From an uncultured Actinomycetes bacterium (GTDB lineage: Bacteria > Actinomycetota > UBA4738 > JBBDTT01): a stretch of DNA of 64,000 nucleotides. Location: assembly GCA_963742735.1 (NCBI GenBank), contig CAVUMN010000003.1, forward strand, positions 576,001 through 640,000. The letters run 5' to 3'. Below the pieces are notes generated by a model. That model ran no database searches and was not told the origin of the DNA. It worked only from the letters and a program-made list of their open reading frames with translations. A program made the translations under genes and the position numbers. Position 1 is the first letter of the stretch, and each line of letters starts with the position of its first letter. This document shows, one piece after another, positions 40,066 to 49,818 of the stretch.

Positions 40066-41838
40066 GTGTCGGAATCGCGGCCCGCGGGCCTCCCCGTTCG
40101 CATCGCGCTGCTCGGCGCCGCCGCCGGCGCGGTGGTCACCGCCGTGCACCTGATCGGTCGGGCCGCCGGATGGCAGGCCCTCTCGGTGATCGCGTTCGCC
40201 GAGCAAGCGGCTATCCTGCTGGCCCTCTCGATGTGCGTGCGGGCTGCCCGCGTCGGTCCCGAGGACCTGCGGTCGTCCTGGCGGCTGGTCTCGATCGGGC
40301 TGGCCTTGACGGTGACCGCGTCGACGGCCTCGGCCGTGTACGGCGCGATCCACGGCGCCCGCCCCCAGAGCCCGGCCCTGACCGACATCCTGTACTTCGC
40401 CGCCTACCCGTTCTACCTGGCCGCGGTGGTCCGGCTGCCTCGACGGCCCCAGGCGCTCTCCCTGCGAGACATGCTCGACGGCGCCGCGGCCGCGCTCGTC
40501 ATCGGGCTGGCGGTGGTGGCGCACGTCGTCGACGCGATCGCCTCGTCGCAGCGCACGTCCGGGTGGACGGTCGCCGTCAACCTCGCGCTGGCGGTGGCCG
40601 ACATCGCGCTCCTGTGGGCGGTGGTGGTGGTCCTGCTCACGTCGCGCCGGTTGCGGCTGCACTGGGTGGGGATCCTGGCCGCCGGGCTGGCCGTGCTGGT
40701 CACCGGCGACCTGGCGTACCTGTCCCTGTCGGCTCGGGGCCCCGTGGAGACGGCCAGCCCCGTGTTCCTGGTCTTCCTGTGGGGGTTCCTGGTCGTCTCG
40801 CTGGCGGCCCACCTGGCCGCCCGCCCCGGCTCGCAGGCCCCGGCGCCGGCGGAGGACGCTCGCTCGTGGGAACAGCTGAGCTTCCAGATCGTGCCGCTGT
40901 TCATCCTTCTCGGGGTGACCACGCTCGTGGCGGTGGAGGCCCTCAGCGAGCGTCCACGGCCCTACGTGGTCCTCGGAGGCCTCGGCATCGCGTTGCTCCA
41001 GGCGTTCCGGCAGTTCCTCACGCTGCGGGAGAACCGCCAGCTGCTGGCCGGCGAGCGCGAAGCCGTGTACCGGCTCCGCGAGCTCGATCGGATGCGCGCC
41101 GACTTCATGGCCGTGGTGTCCCACGACTTCGCGAACCCCCTCACGGTCATCGGGGGGATGGCGTCGATGATCCGGACCCGGGGGGACCGTATCCCCGAGG
41201 ACCAGCGCAACGAGATGCTCGACGCCATCGAACGGGAGGCCGCGCGGCTCTCGGCCCTGGCCCGGGACGTCCTGACCGCGGTGCGGGCGGAGGGCGGCGA
41301 CCTCGCCTACACCTTCGAGCTCGTCGACGTGGGCGCCGTGGCCGACCGGTGCACGCGTCTGGTCGGGCAGCTCTCCGCGCGGCACGAGGTCGTCTTCGAG
41401 CGGGCGGGGGACACCGTGGTCGAGGCCGACGAGGCCCGCCTGCAGGAGGTCCTGCTCAACCTGCTCGACAACGCCATCAAGTACTCGCCGTCGGGCGGCC
41501 GGGTCACGGTGCGGGTCCGGGGCGAGGACGAGTTCGTGCGCGTGGAGGTCATCGATCAGGGGGTCGGGCTCGTCCCGGAGGACGCGGAGCGGGTCTTCGA
41601 ACGCATGGTCAGGATCCGCAACGACTCCACCCGGGACATCAAGGGCACGGGCCTGGGGCTCTACATCGTCCGGCGGATCGTCGAGGCCCACAGCGGGCGG
41701 ATCCGGGCGGAGGGGCGGCCGAGCCGGGGCACGGCGTTCACCCTCGAGCTGCCCCGCGAGCGGCGTCGGCCGGCTGCGACGGGTCCGGCCGAGACGAAGG
41801 CCACGGACGATACGCCCGACGAGCGCGGGAGCCGCTGA
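40066..41838 (+). CDS. Orphan sensor histidine kinase with multi-TM N-terminus
   Basis: About 9-10 TM segments, SHDFANPL, NLLDNAIKYS, DQGVG and GTGLGL. Confidence 0.9.
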   Translation: MSESRPAGLPVRIALLGAAAGAVVTAVHLIGRAAGWQALSVIAFAEQAAILLALSMCVRAARVGPEDLRSSWRLVSIGLALTVTASTASAVYGAIHGARPQSPALTDILYFAAYPFYLAAVVRLPRRPQALSLRDMLDGAAAALVIGLAVVAHVVDAIASSQRTSGWTVAVNLALAVADIALLWAVVVVLLTSRRLRLHWVGILAAGLAVLVTGDLAYLSLSARGPVETASPVFLVFLWGFLVVSLAAHLAARPGSQAPAPAEDARSWEQLSFQIVPLFILLGVTTLVAVEALSERPRPYVVLGGLGIALLQAFRQFLTLRENRQLLAGEREAVYRLRELDRMRADFMAVVSHDFANPLTVIGGMASMIRTRGDRIPEDQRNEMLDAIEREAARLSALARDVLTAVRAEGGDLAYTFELVDVGAVADRCTRLVGQLSARHEVVFERAGDTVVEADEARLQEVLLNLLDNAIKYSPSGGRVTVRVRGEDEFVRVEVIDQGVGLVPEDAERVFERMVRIRNDSTRDIKGTGLGLYIVRRIVEAHSGRIRAEGRPSRGTAFTLELPRERRRPAATGPAETKATDDTPDERGSR

Positions 41839-41862
41839 GCGTCGAGTACCCTCGGCGTCCTC

Positions 41863-42798
41863 ATGGAGGTCTGGCAGGGCCGGGATGCGCTCCCGCAGGA
41901 CGGCGTCCCCTCGGTGGTGACGATCGGGTTCTTCGACGGCGTCCATCGAGGCCATCAGGCCGTGTTCCGCCGGGCCGGCGAGCACGCGGAACGCACCGGC
42001 GCGCGCTCGATCGCGGTGACGTTCGACCGGCACCCGCGGCAGGTGTTCGCGCCGGACACGGCCCCGCCGCTGCTGACCACGCTCCGCCACAAGGCGGAGC
42101 TGATCGCCGCGCTGGGGATCGACGCGCTGGCGGTGCTCGAGTTCAACGTGCCGTTCTCGAAGTGGAGCCCCGAGGACTTCGTGGAGCACATCCTGATCAA
42201 GGGGCTGTCGGCGGTGCAGGTGGTCGTGGGCGCGAACTTCACCTTCGGCCACAAGGCCGTGGGCACGTTCGAGACCCTCACCGACCTCGGGACGGAGCGG
42301 GGGTTCGGCGTCGAGGCCGTGGGGCTGCTGGAGATCGGGGGCCGGACGGTGTCGTCGTCCTCCATCCGCCAGGCCCTGCTGGAGGGTGACACGGCCTGGC
42401 CGCGCGAGGCCCTCGGGCGCTTCTACTCCGTGGAGGGCTACGTGGTAGCCGGCGCCGGGCGCGGGAGCGGGCTCGGCTGGCCGACCGCGAACCTGCGCAC
42501 GCCGGAGAGCCTGTTGACGCCGGCCGACGGCGTGTACGCCGGCGTCGGCCGCAACCGGCTGGGGGAGTGGGTGGCGGCGATCAACATCGGGATCAACCCG
42601 ACGTTCGGGGCCGACCCTCGCCACCTGGAGGCCTTCCTGCTCGACTACGAGGGCGAGGGGCTGAAGGGCGAGTTGCTGACGATCGAGTTCTGGGAGCGTC
42701 TCCGTGACGAGGAGCGCTTCGACTCCGCGGCGGCGCTGGCCGAGCAGATCGGGCGCGACGTCGCGCGGACCCGCGAGATCGTTCGACTCCGGACATGA
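41863..42798 (+). CDS. ribF: Bifunctional riboflavin kinase/FAD synthetase
   Basis: IGFFDGVHRGH, VGANFTFG, SSSSIR, GWPTAN and NIGINPTF. Confidence 0.97.
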   Translation: MEVWQGRDALPQDGVPSVVTIGFFDGVHRGHQAVFRRAGEHAERTGARSIAVTFDRHPRQVFAPDTAPPLLTTLRHKAELIAALGIDALAVLEFNVPFSKWSPEDFVEHILIKGLSAVQVVVGANFTFGHKAVGTFETLTDLGTERGFGVEAVGLLEIGGRTVSSSSIRQALLEGDTAWPREALGRFYSVEGYVVAGAGRGSGLGWPTANLRTPESLLTPADGVYAGVGRNRLGEWVAAINIGINPTFGADPRHLEAFLLDYEGEGLKGELLTIEFWERLRDEERFDSAAALAEQIGRDVARTREIVRLRT

Positions 42799-43859
42799 GC
42801 ACGGGACGACACCGCCCGGGCATCCCCGGCGTCGGGAACCCGCTGCCGGTCCTGTGGCTGGTCATCGCGCTGGCGGTGGTCGTGGCCGGCATCGTTCTGC
42901 TGAGCCCGGTCCGGCTGAGCCTGTTCGGCCGCGCCGGCCCGACCGGGGATGCCACCGGCCCGGTGATCGGTCCGAGCCCGTCTCCCACGACGCCCTCGCC
43001 GCCGTCGAAGGGGCAGCTCCTGGTGCACGCGACGGGCGACGTCAACCTTGACCCCTCCTACATCCCGAACTTCCAGACCCACGGATACGGCTACGCGTGG
43101 TCGGGCCTGAGCGGGCTGTTCCAACGGGACGACCTGACGATCGTGAACCTGGAGTGCCCGATGTCGAACCTGGGGAGCCCCGTCCCGAAGGAGTTCAACT
43201 TCCGGGGAGACCCGGCGGCGCTCCCGGCCATGCGGGACGCCGGCGTGGAGGTGGCCAACCAGGGCAACAACCACGCGCAGGACTACGGGCCCGACGCGAT
43301 GCTGGACTCGCGGCGGAACCTCCGGGCGCACCGGATCGCGCCGGTCGGGACCGGCCGCAACGCGAAGGAGGCGGCCGCGCCGGCCATCCTGAAGATCGAC
43401 GGATGGACGGTCGCGGTGGTGGGGTTCGGCGGGGTCGTCCCCGAACCGGGCTGGCTGGCCGGTCCCGACCATCCCGGGATGGCCGACGGCGACGACATCC
43501 CGAGCATGGTCGCGGCGGTGCGGGCCGCGAGCGCCCGGGCCGATCTGGTGTTCGTGGCCATCCACTGGGGTGTCGAGCTCGACACCTCGCCGCGGGCGGA
43601 GGACGTCGAGCGGGCCCGGGCGATGATCGACGCCGGGGCCGACGCGATCTTCGGCCATCACTCGCACCGGCTGAACCCCATGGACACCTACAAGGGACGG
43701 CCGATCTTCTGGAGCCTTGGCAACTTCGTGTGGCCGGACCACTCCTACGAGGGTGCGGTGACGGCGGTGGCCGAGGTCCGGGTGAGCCCCGCCGGAAAGG
43801 TGCAGGGACGTCTCCTGCCGGCGTTCATCGAGGACGCCGGCCACCCCGTGCTCCGCTAG
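42795..43859 (+). CDS. Membrane-anchored CapA/PgsA-like metallophosphatase-fold protein
   Basis: TM anchor, GDVNL, NLECP, GNNHAQDYG, IHWGVE, GHHSH and SLGNF. Confidence 0.9.
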   Translation: MSTGRHRPGIPGVGNPLPVLWLVIALAVVVAGIVLLSPVRLSLFGRAGPTGDATGPVIGPSPSPTTPSPPSKGQLLVHATGDVNLDPSYIPNFQTHGYGYAWSGLSGLFQRDDLTIVNLECPMSNLGSPVPKEFNFRGDPAALPAMRDAGVEVANQGNNHAQDYGPDAMLDSRRNLRAHRIAPVGTGRNAKEAAAPAILKIDGWTVAVVGFGGVVPEPGWLAGPDHPGMADGDDIPSMVAAVRAASARADLVFVAIHWGVELDTSPRAEDVERARAMIDAGADAIFGHHSHRLNPMDTYKGRPIFWSLGNFVWPDHSYEGAVTAVAEVRVSPAGKVQGRLLPAFIEDAGHPVLR

Positions 43860-43982
43860 GGCCGCACGCGAGCGGTGCAGGAGAAACGGACGCATCCGTC
43901 GTAACTCCAACCCGACGCCCCGCGTGGGGCCGGGGCGTCCAGAGCTCAGATCGCCCACTCAGCCCCGACGGAGCCGCACCGA

Positions 43983-46895
43983 ATGCTCGAGCACCCGATG
44001 ACGCGTGCCCGCCGGGCCCTCGCGACGAGCCTCGCCCTGATCGTGGCGGCCGCCACCGTGATCCTGCAGCTCCGGCCGGCCGTGCCACCCGCGGCGGCCG
44101 GGACGAGCACCGCCTCCGCGTGCATCCCGGGCGTCGAGCGCGTCGGTGAGAACGAGGGAATCGGCGGCGTCGCCGGCCGGGCTCTCGACGCGGTCCCGGA
44201 CTTCTGCACGAAGATCAGCCGGGTGGAGCGCCCCGACGAGCTGCTCCGCATCGGCGAGGCCCTCGACGCCCGGTTCGGGACCTCCACGCCGTGGGCGCTC
44301 CTGAAGGCCAACGCCACGAAGGCCGCCATCGCCCGCACCGTGCGGCCGGTGCCCGGCGGCGGCGCGAGTTGGGAGCCCGTCGGTACGACCCCGCTGTTCG
44401 CCAACGATCCCAACTACAGCGTGTACGGGGAGGGGTTCGGCGAGGTCGCCGGCCGCATCTCCGACTTCAGCTACGACGAGGCCACGGGCCGCCTGTGGGC
44501 CGCGGTGGCCAGCGGCGGCGTGTACGAGTCGCGCGACCTGGGCGCGACGTGGCGCTCGATCGGCGACGGCCTGCCGACGCAGCAGGTGGGCTCGGTGGCC
44601 TACACCCCGGCGGGAGGCGGCACGCTCATCGCGCTGAGCGGCGACAACGCGTTCGGCGGCTACACCTACGCCGGCACCGGGGGGTACTACACGACGAACG
44701 GGGGCCGGACGTGGAAGCGCGCCAAGGGCCTCCCGGCGGGGGCCATGGCCTTCAAGCTCGCGGTCGATCCCACGAACCCCAGGGAGATCTACGCGGCGAC
44801 CGGCTTCGGCCTCTTCCGCTCCACGAACGCGGGCCGCTCGTTCGTCAACACGCGCCTGCCCACCGGGGCGTGCGCCGGCAACTCCCTGAAGGAGGGGTGC
44901 TTCCTGGCCAACATCGTCACCGACGTCGTGGTCCAGGTCCCCGACGAGCTGGGAAGCCCCGGCGGGATCGTCCTGGCGGTGGTCGGGTGGCGCGCCGGCG
45001 CATACGAGAACGCCGACGGCACGGTCCAGTCCCCGGAGAACGGCCTGTACCGGTCCGAGACGGGCGCCCCGGGGACGTTCGTCAACCTGAACGAGGATGG
45101 CATCGGCTTCGCGCCGCAGGGCAACATCGGCCGCGTCGAGCTGGGCGCGGCGACCGGCGTCGACCAGAACCACGGTTACGTGTACGCGCTGGTGCAGGAC
45201 TCGGTGCTGTTCGTGACCGGCCGCCTGGAGGGCCTGGACGTCGAGCCGATGTCCGACCCGGTCGGGCTGGTGGACCTGACGGCCACCGCCACCTATCTGA
45301 AGGGCGTGTACGTCTCGGCCGACTTCGGAGAGTCGTGGACGCTCATGGCCGACCGCAAGCAGTTCCAGAGCCCGCACACCGGCTCGAGCCTCGCCCAGTT
45401 GCAGGCCCTCGGCGTCGGCCCGGGCATCCAGTCCTGGTACAACATGTGGATCCGCCCCGATCCCACGCGGCAGATCAACGGGATCCCGACGCGGATCGTG
45501 CTGGGGCTCGAGGAGATCTGGCAGAACACCCTGACGCTGGCCCCGGCGGCCGGCCCCACCGACTTCCGGGTGATCGGGCCGTACACCGCGAACACGGGGG
45601 CCTGCATCGTCATCCTCCTGATGCCCGCGTGCGGCGCGGCGCAGTCGCAGAAGCCGGACGAGGCCGCCTACACCACCCATCCCGACCAGCACGCCGGGAT
45701 CTGGATCCCCGACCCCGACGGGGGCGTGACCCTGATCGCCGGCCACGACGGCGGCGTGAACACCCAGCACGTCCCGGCGTTCGGCGAGCTCACCACGGGC
45801 GGCTTCGGCGTGGGGTCCCAGGATGGCTTCCACACGCTGCTGCCCTACGGGGTCGACGTCGCCAACGACGGGATCATCTATGCGGGGCTGCAGGACAACG
45901 GCCAGATCCGGATCGAGAAGGACGGCCGCCAGACCATGGTGTTCGGCGGCGACGGCATCTTCACCGTGGTCAACCCGAAGAACTCGAACGAGGTCTGGGA
46001 GGAGACCCCGGGCGCCGGCGTCCGGGTGTCGACCGACGGCGGCCTCACCTGGAAGGACGCCCTCCCGAGCACCGACAACGCCAGCTTCTACGCCCCGCTG
46101 GTCATGGACCCGCTCGACCCGAACCACCTGATCACCGGGGGGCGCCAGGTCATGGAGAACACCCACGGCCCCGCGATCGGCTACACCATCGACGAGCTCC
46201 TGATCGCGCCGCCCGAACACGACTGGGAGGAGGTGTTCGAGCTCGGGTCGCGGCTCCACCCGGGCGAGGCGCCCCCGGACCCGCTAGAGCCGGGGGACAC
46301 GCAGAACATGATGTCCTCGGCCACCGTGCGCGGGAAGAATGTCTACGTCGGGTACTGCGGCGGGTGCGACCCCGTCCGCGACCACGACACCTTCGCCTCG
46401 GGCGTCGCCACGAACGTGACCGGCGCCTGGCGCATCGCCCCGGCCCGGGGGCTTCCCGACCGGCTGATCACCTCGCTGACGATCGACCCGAAAAACCCGT
46501 TCCGCGTGGTGGCCACCCTGGGGAGCTCCTCGTACCGGCCGTACGCGCCCCCCGGCGCGCTGGGGCCGGACGGCGTCGACAAGAACGGCGGGCCCATCTG
46601 GATGTCCGAGAACGGGGGCAACTCGTTCTTCGACGTCAGCGGCAACCTGCCGAGGATCGGCGGCACGTGGAGCGTGCTGCGCCGCAACCAGCTCATCGTG
46701 GGGACCACCGTCGGCGTGTTCGCGGCCACGAGCCCGCTGTCCGGGGCACGGCCCGGCCGGGGGCTCACCTTCGCCGTGCTCGGCAAGGGCCTGCCCGCGG
46801 CGCCGGTCTTCTCGATGTCGCTCAAGAAGAACGATCCCAACACGCTGGTGGTCGCCTCGCTGGGCCGCGGCGTGTACCGCTACCGGTTCCGCTAG
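43983..46895 (+). CDS. Second large secreted Asp-box beta-propeller protein (paralogue of 36439..39888)
   Basis: Signal peptide; shares [46 protein letters not shown] and GRGVY with the first copy. Confidence 0.88.
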   Translation: MLEHPMTRARRALATSLALIVAAATVILQLRPAVPPAAAGTSTASACIPGVERVGENEGIGGVAGRALDAVPDFCTKISRVERPDELLRIGEALDARFGTSTPWALLKANATKAAIARTVRPVPGGGASWEPVGTTPLFANDPNYSVYGEGFGEVAGRISDFSYDEATGRLWAAVASGGVYESRDLGATWRSIGDGLPTQQVGSVAYTPAGGGTLIALSGDNAFGGYTYAGTGGYYTTNGGRTWKRAKGLPAGAMAFKLAVDPTNPREIYAATGFGLFRSTNAGRSFVNTRLPTGACAGNSLKEGCFLANIVTDVVVQVPDELGSPGGIVLAVVGWRAGAYENADGTVQSPENGLYRSETGAPGTFVNLNEDGIGFAPQGNIGRVELGAATGVDQNHGYVYALVQDSVLFVTGRLEGLDVEPMSDPVGLVDLTATATYLKGVYVSADFGESWTLMADRKQFQSPHTGSSLAQLQALGVGPGIQSWYNMWIRPDPTRQINGIPTRIVLGLEEIWQNTLTLAPAAGPTDFRVIGPYTANTGACIVILLMPACGAAQSQKPDEAAYTTHPDQHAGIWIPDPDGGVTLIAGHDGGVNTQHVPAFGELTTGGFGVGSQDGFHTLLPYGVDVANDGIIYAGLQDNGQIRIEKDGRQTMVFGGDGIFTVVNPKNSNEVWEETPGAGVRVSTDGGLTWKDALPSTDNASFYAPLVMDPLDPNHLITGGRQVMENTHGPAIGYTIDELLIAPPEHDWEEVFELGSRLHPGEAPPDPLEPGDTQNMMSSATVRGKNVYVGYCGGCDPVRDHDTFASGVATNVTGAWRIAPARGLPDRLITSLTIDPKNPFRVVATLGSSSYRPYAPPGALGPDGVDKNGGPIWMSENGGNSFFDVSGNLPRIGGTWSVLRRNQLIVGTTVGVFAATSPLSGARPGRGLTFAVLGKGLPAAPVFSMSLKKNDPNTLVVASLGRGVYRYRFR

Positions 46896-47005
46896 GGGCC
46901 GGTACGGCGAGGGCGCGCCTGTTCCCGCGAGGCCCGCGACGCGGGAGCAGGCGCCGCTCCGCCCTCTAGGCGAAAGGCCGTCTGGTAGCATTGGGGCACT
47001 TCGTT

Positions 47006-47275
47006 ATGGCACTTCTTCAGGAGCGTAAGCAGACCGTCATCTCCGAGCACCGCCGGTCCGACACCGACACGGGGTCGCCGGAGGTTCAGGTCGCGCTGCT
47101 CACCGAGCGCATCAATCAGCTCACCGAGCACCTCAAGGCGCACAAGGAGGATCACCACTCCCGCCGCGGGCTGCTGCAGATGGTGGGCCGGCGCCGGCGC
47201 CTGCTGGAGTATCTCAAGCGCGAGGACATCGAACGCTACCGGGCGCTGATCGGGCGCCTGGGTCTCAGGCGATAG
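47006..47275 (+). CDS. rpsO: 30S ribosomal protein S15
   Basis: [13 protein letters not shown] and DHHSRRGLL. Confidence 0.98.
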   Translation: MALLQERKQTVISEHRRSDTDTGSPEVQVALLTERINQLTEHLKAHKEDHHSRRGLLQMVGRRRRLLEYLKREDIERYRALIGRLGLRR

Positions 47276-47357
47276 GAGCGGGGGCGGCGGAGGCCCCTTC
47301 GTAGGAGGCAGCAAGGACAGGAACCGCTACCCGTACCCACTGGGGGAGCGAAGCAGC

Positions 47358-47421
47358 GGGTCGGTTATCAGTTGCGGACCGCGGGCCACGAGGCCCGAGG
47401 CCCACCACTGAGAATCGACTC
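47358..47421 (+). promoter_or_regulatory. pnp leader long stem-loop (likely RNase III processing site, Actino-pnp-like)
   Basis: GGGTCGGTT/AATCGACTC and TCAGT/ACTGA pairings enclose GGGCC/GGCCC, in the rpsO-pnp spacer. Confidence 0.6.
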
Positions 47422-47483
47422 ACCGTATCTCTCCGCTCCTCCGCCCCGGACGTCCCGTCCGAAACGATCCTTTAGGAGGAGAC

Positions 47484-49811
47484 ATGACCAAGGAAACCCG
47501 GAACATCGCCGGGACCGACCTCACGTTCGAAGCCGGCACGATGGCGCAGCTCGCCCTCGGCGCCGTGACCTGCACCATCGGCGAGACCGAGATCCTCGCC
47601 ACCTGCACCTCGTCGAAGCCCCGTGAGGGCATCGACTTCTTCCCGCTCACCGTCGACGTCGAGGAGCGGATGTACGCCGTGGGCAAGATCCCCGGCAGCT
47701 TCTTCCGCCGCGAGGGCCGGCCCTCCGAGACCGGGACGCTCACCGCCCGGCTGATCGACCGGCCGCTCCGCCCGACCTTCAAGGAGGGCTTCCGCGACGA
47801 GGTCCACGTGGTCGTGCTCACCCTGCAGGTCGACCACGTCCAGCCGTACGACATCGCCGCGCTGAACGGCGCCGGGCTGGCCGTCACGCTTGCCGGCCTG
47901 CCGTTCGACGGCCCGGTGGCCGGCGTTCGCATCGCGATGATCGGCGACGCCTGGAGGGTCTTCCCCAGCTATCAGGAGCTCGAGCAGGCAACCTTCGACA
48001 TGGTCGTGGCCGGACGCAAGAACGACCAGGGCGGCGTCGACATCCTCATGATCGAGGGCGAGGCGCCCGAGGTCGCGTGGGAGCTCATGCAGGAGGGCGC
48101 GGCCGCCCCGACCGAGGAGTCCGTGACCGCCGGCCTCGAGGTCGCCAAGCAGGCGATCTCCGAGATCATCGACTTCCAGGTCGAGTTCGCCAACCAGCAC
48201 GGGATCACGGAGCGTCCGGCCTTCGAGCCCAAGCCGCTGTATTCCGAGGAGGTCTACGCCGAGGTCGTCGCCTTCGCGAACGACCGGATGGGCGAGGCGC
48301 TCGTCCCCGAGAAGGTCGCCCGCGAGGGCAACATCAACAAGCTGAAGGAGGAGCTCGCCGATCACCTCCTTCAGCAGTGGGGCGAGGACAAGCACTCCGA
48401 CCTGGCGGGCGAGGTCAAGGGCGCGTTCAAGGCCCTCGAGAAGAAGATCATGCGCCGGCGGGTCATCGACGAGGGCGTTCGCCTGGACGGGCGCAAGAGC
48501 GACGAGATCCGGCCGCTGTCGGCCGAGGTCGGTGTCCTCTCGCGGGCGCACGGTTCGGCCCTGTTCTCCCGCGGCCAGACCCAGGTCCTGAACGTCACCA
48601 CGCTGGGAATGCTCCGGATGAACGCGATGATCGACACCCTCGACCCGGAGGACTCCAAGCGGTACATGCACCACTACAACTTCCCGCCGTTCTCCACGGG
48701 CGAGACGGGCTTCATGCGGGGACCGAAGCGCCGGGAGATCGGCCACGGGGCGCTCGCCGAGCGAGCCCTCCTGCCCGTGATCCCAACCGAGGACGAGTTC
48801 CCGTATGCGCTGAGGCTCGTCTCCGACGTCTTGAGCTCCAACGGCTCGACGTCCATGGCGAGCGTCTGTGGGTCGACGCTGTCGCTGATGCACGCCGGCG
48901 TGCCGATCAAGGCGCCGGTGGCGGGGATCGCGATGGGCCTGATCGCCGACGCGGGCGAGTACGTCACCCTGACCGACATCCTCGGCGCGGAGGACGCCCT
49001 GGGCGACATGGACTTCAAGGTCGCCGGGACGAAGGACTGGATCACCGCGATCCAGCTCGACATGAAGATCACCGGCATGCCCTCGGAGGTCCTCGCCGGG
49101 GCCCTCAAGCAGGCGAAGGAGGCCCGGCTGCAGATCCTCGACGTCATGGCCGGGGCCATCGCCGAGGTCGGCGAGATGTCCGACCGGGCGCCGCGCGTGA
49201 TGATGATCCAGATCCCCGTCGACAAGATCGGCGAGGTCATCGGGCCCAAGGGCAAGCGGATCAACGAGATCATCGCGATGACCGGCGCGGACATCGACAT
49301 CAACGACGACGGCCGCGTGTTCATCGGGTCCCTCGGGGGCGACGGCGCCGAGCGCGCCATCGAGATGATCAATCAGCTCGCAAACCCGATCATGCCCGAG
49401 GTCGGCCAGCGCTATCAGGGCAAGGTCGTGAAGACGACCACCTTCGGGGCGTTCGTGAACCTGACCCCCGGGAAGGACGGCCTGGTCCACATCTCCCGCC
49501 TGGGCGGTGGACAGCGGGTCACCTCGGTCGAGGACGTCGTCCGCGAGGGCGACGACATGGAGGTCGAGGTCCTCGACGTCGACCGGACGGGGCGGATCAG
49601 CCTGCGGCCGATTTCGATCAAGGGCGAGGCGCTGCCGGAGCCGACCGAGGAGCAGCTCGAGGCCATGAAGGCGGCGGTCAGCGACCGTCCGTCGGGCCCG
49701 CGCGACCGGGACCGCGGCGGACGCGGTGGCGATCGCGGCGGACGCGGCGGCGACCGCGAGGGCGGCGGTTTCCGCGAGCGCCGGCCTCCGCGCGAGCGCC
49801 GCGCCGACTGA
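47484..49811 (+). CDS. pnp: Polyribonucleotide nucleotidyltransferase
   Basis: DFFPLTVD, RREGRP, RREIGHGALAERA, SNGSTSMAS, GDMDFKVAG, KH and S1 domains, and an RGG-rich tail. Confidence 0.98.
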   Translation: MTKETRNIAGTDLTFEAGTMAQLALGAVTCTIGETEILATCTSSKPREGIDFFPLTVDVEERMYAVGKIPGSFFRREGRPSETGTLTARLIDRPLRPTFKEGFRDEVHVVVLTLQVDHVQPYDIAALNGAGLAVTLAGLPFDGPVAGVRIAMIGDAWRVFPSYQELEQATFDMVVAGRKNDQGGVDILMIEGEAPEVAWELMQEGAAAPTEESVTAGLEVAKQAISEIIDFQVEFANQHGITERPAFEPKPLYSEEVYAEVVAFANDRMGEALVPEKVAREGNINKLKEELADHLLQQWGEDKHSDLAGEVKGAFKALEKKIMRRRVIDEGVRLDGRKSDEIRPLSAEVGVLSRAHGSALFSRGQTQVLNVTTLGMLRMNAMIDTLDPEDSKRYMHHYNFPPFSTGETGFMRGPKRREIGHGALAERALLPVIPTEDEFPYALRLVSDVLSSNGSTSMASVCGSTLSLMHAGVPIKAPVAGIAMGLIADAGEYVTLTDILGAEDALGDMDFKVAGTKDWITAIQLDMKITGMPSEVLAGALKQAKEARLQILDVMAGAIAEVGEMSDRAPRVMMIQIPVDKIGEVIGPKGKRINEIIAMTGADIDINDDGRVFIGSLGGDGAERAIEMINQLANPIMPEVGQRYQGKVVKTTTFGAFVNLTPGKDGLVHISRLGGGQRVTSVEDVVREGDDMEVEVLDVDRTGRISLRPISIKGEALPEPTEEQLEAMKAAVSDRPSGPRDRDRGGRGGDRGGRGGDREGGGFRERRPPRERRAD

Positions 49812-49818
49812 CGCTCGC

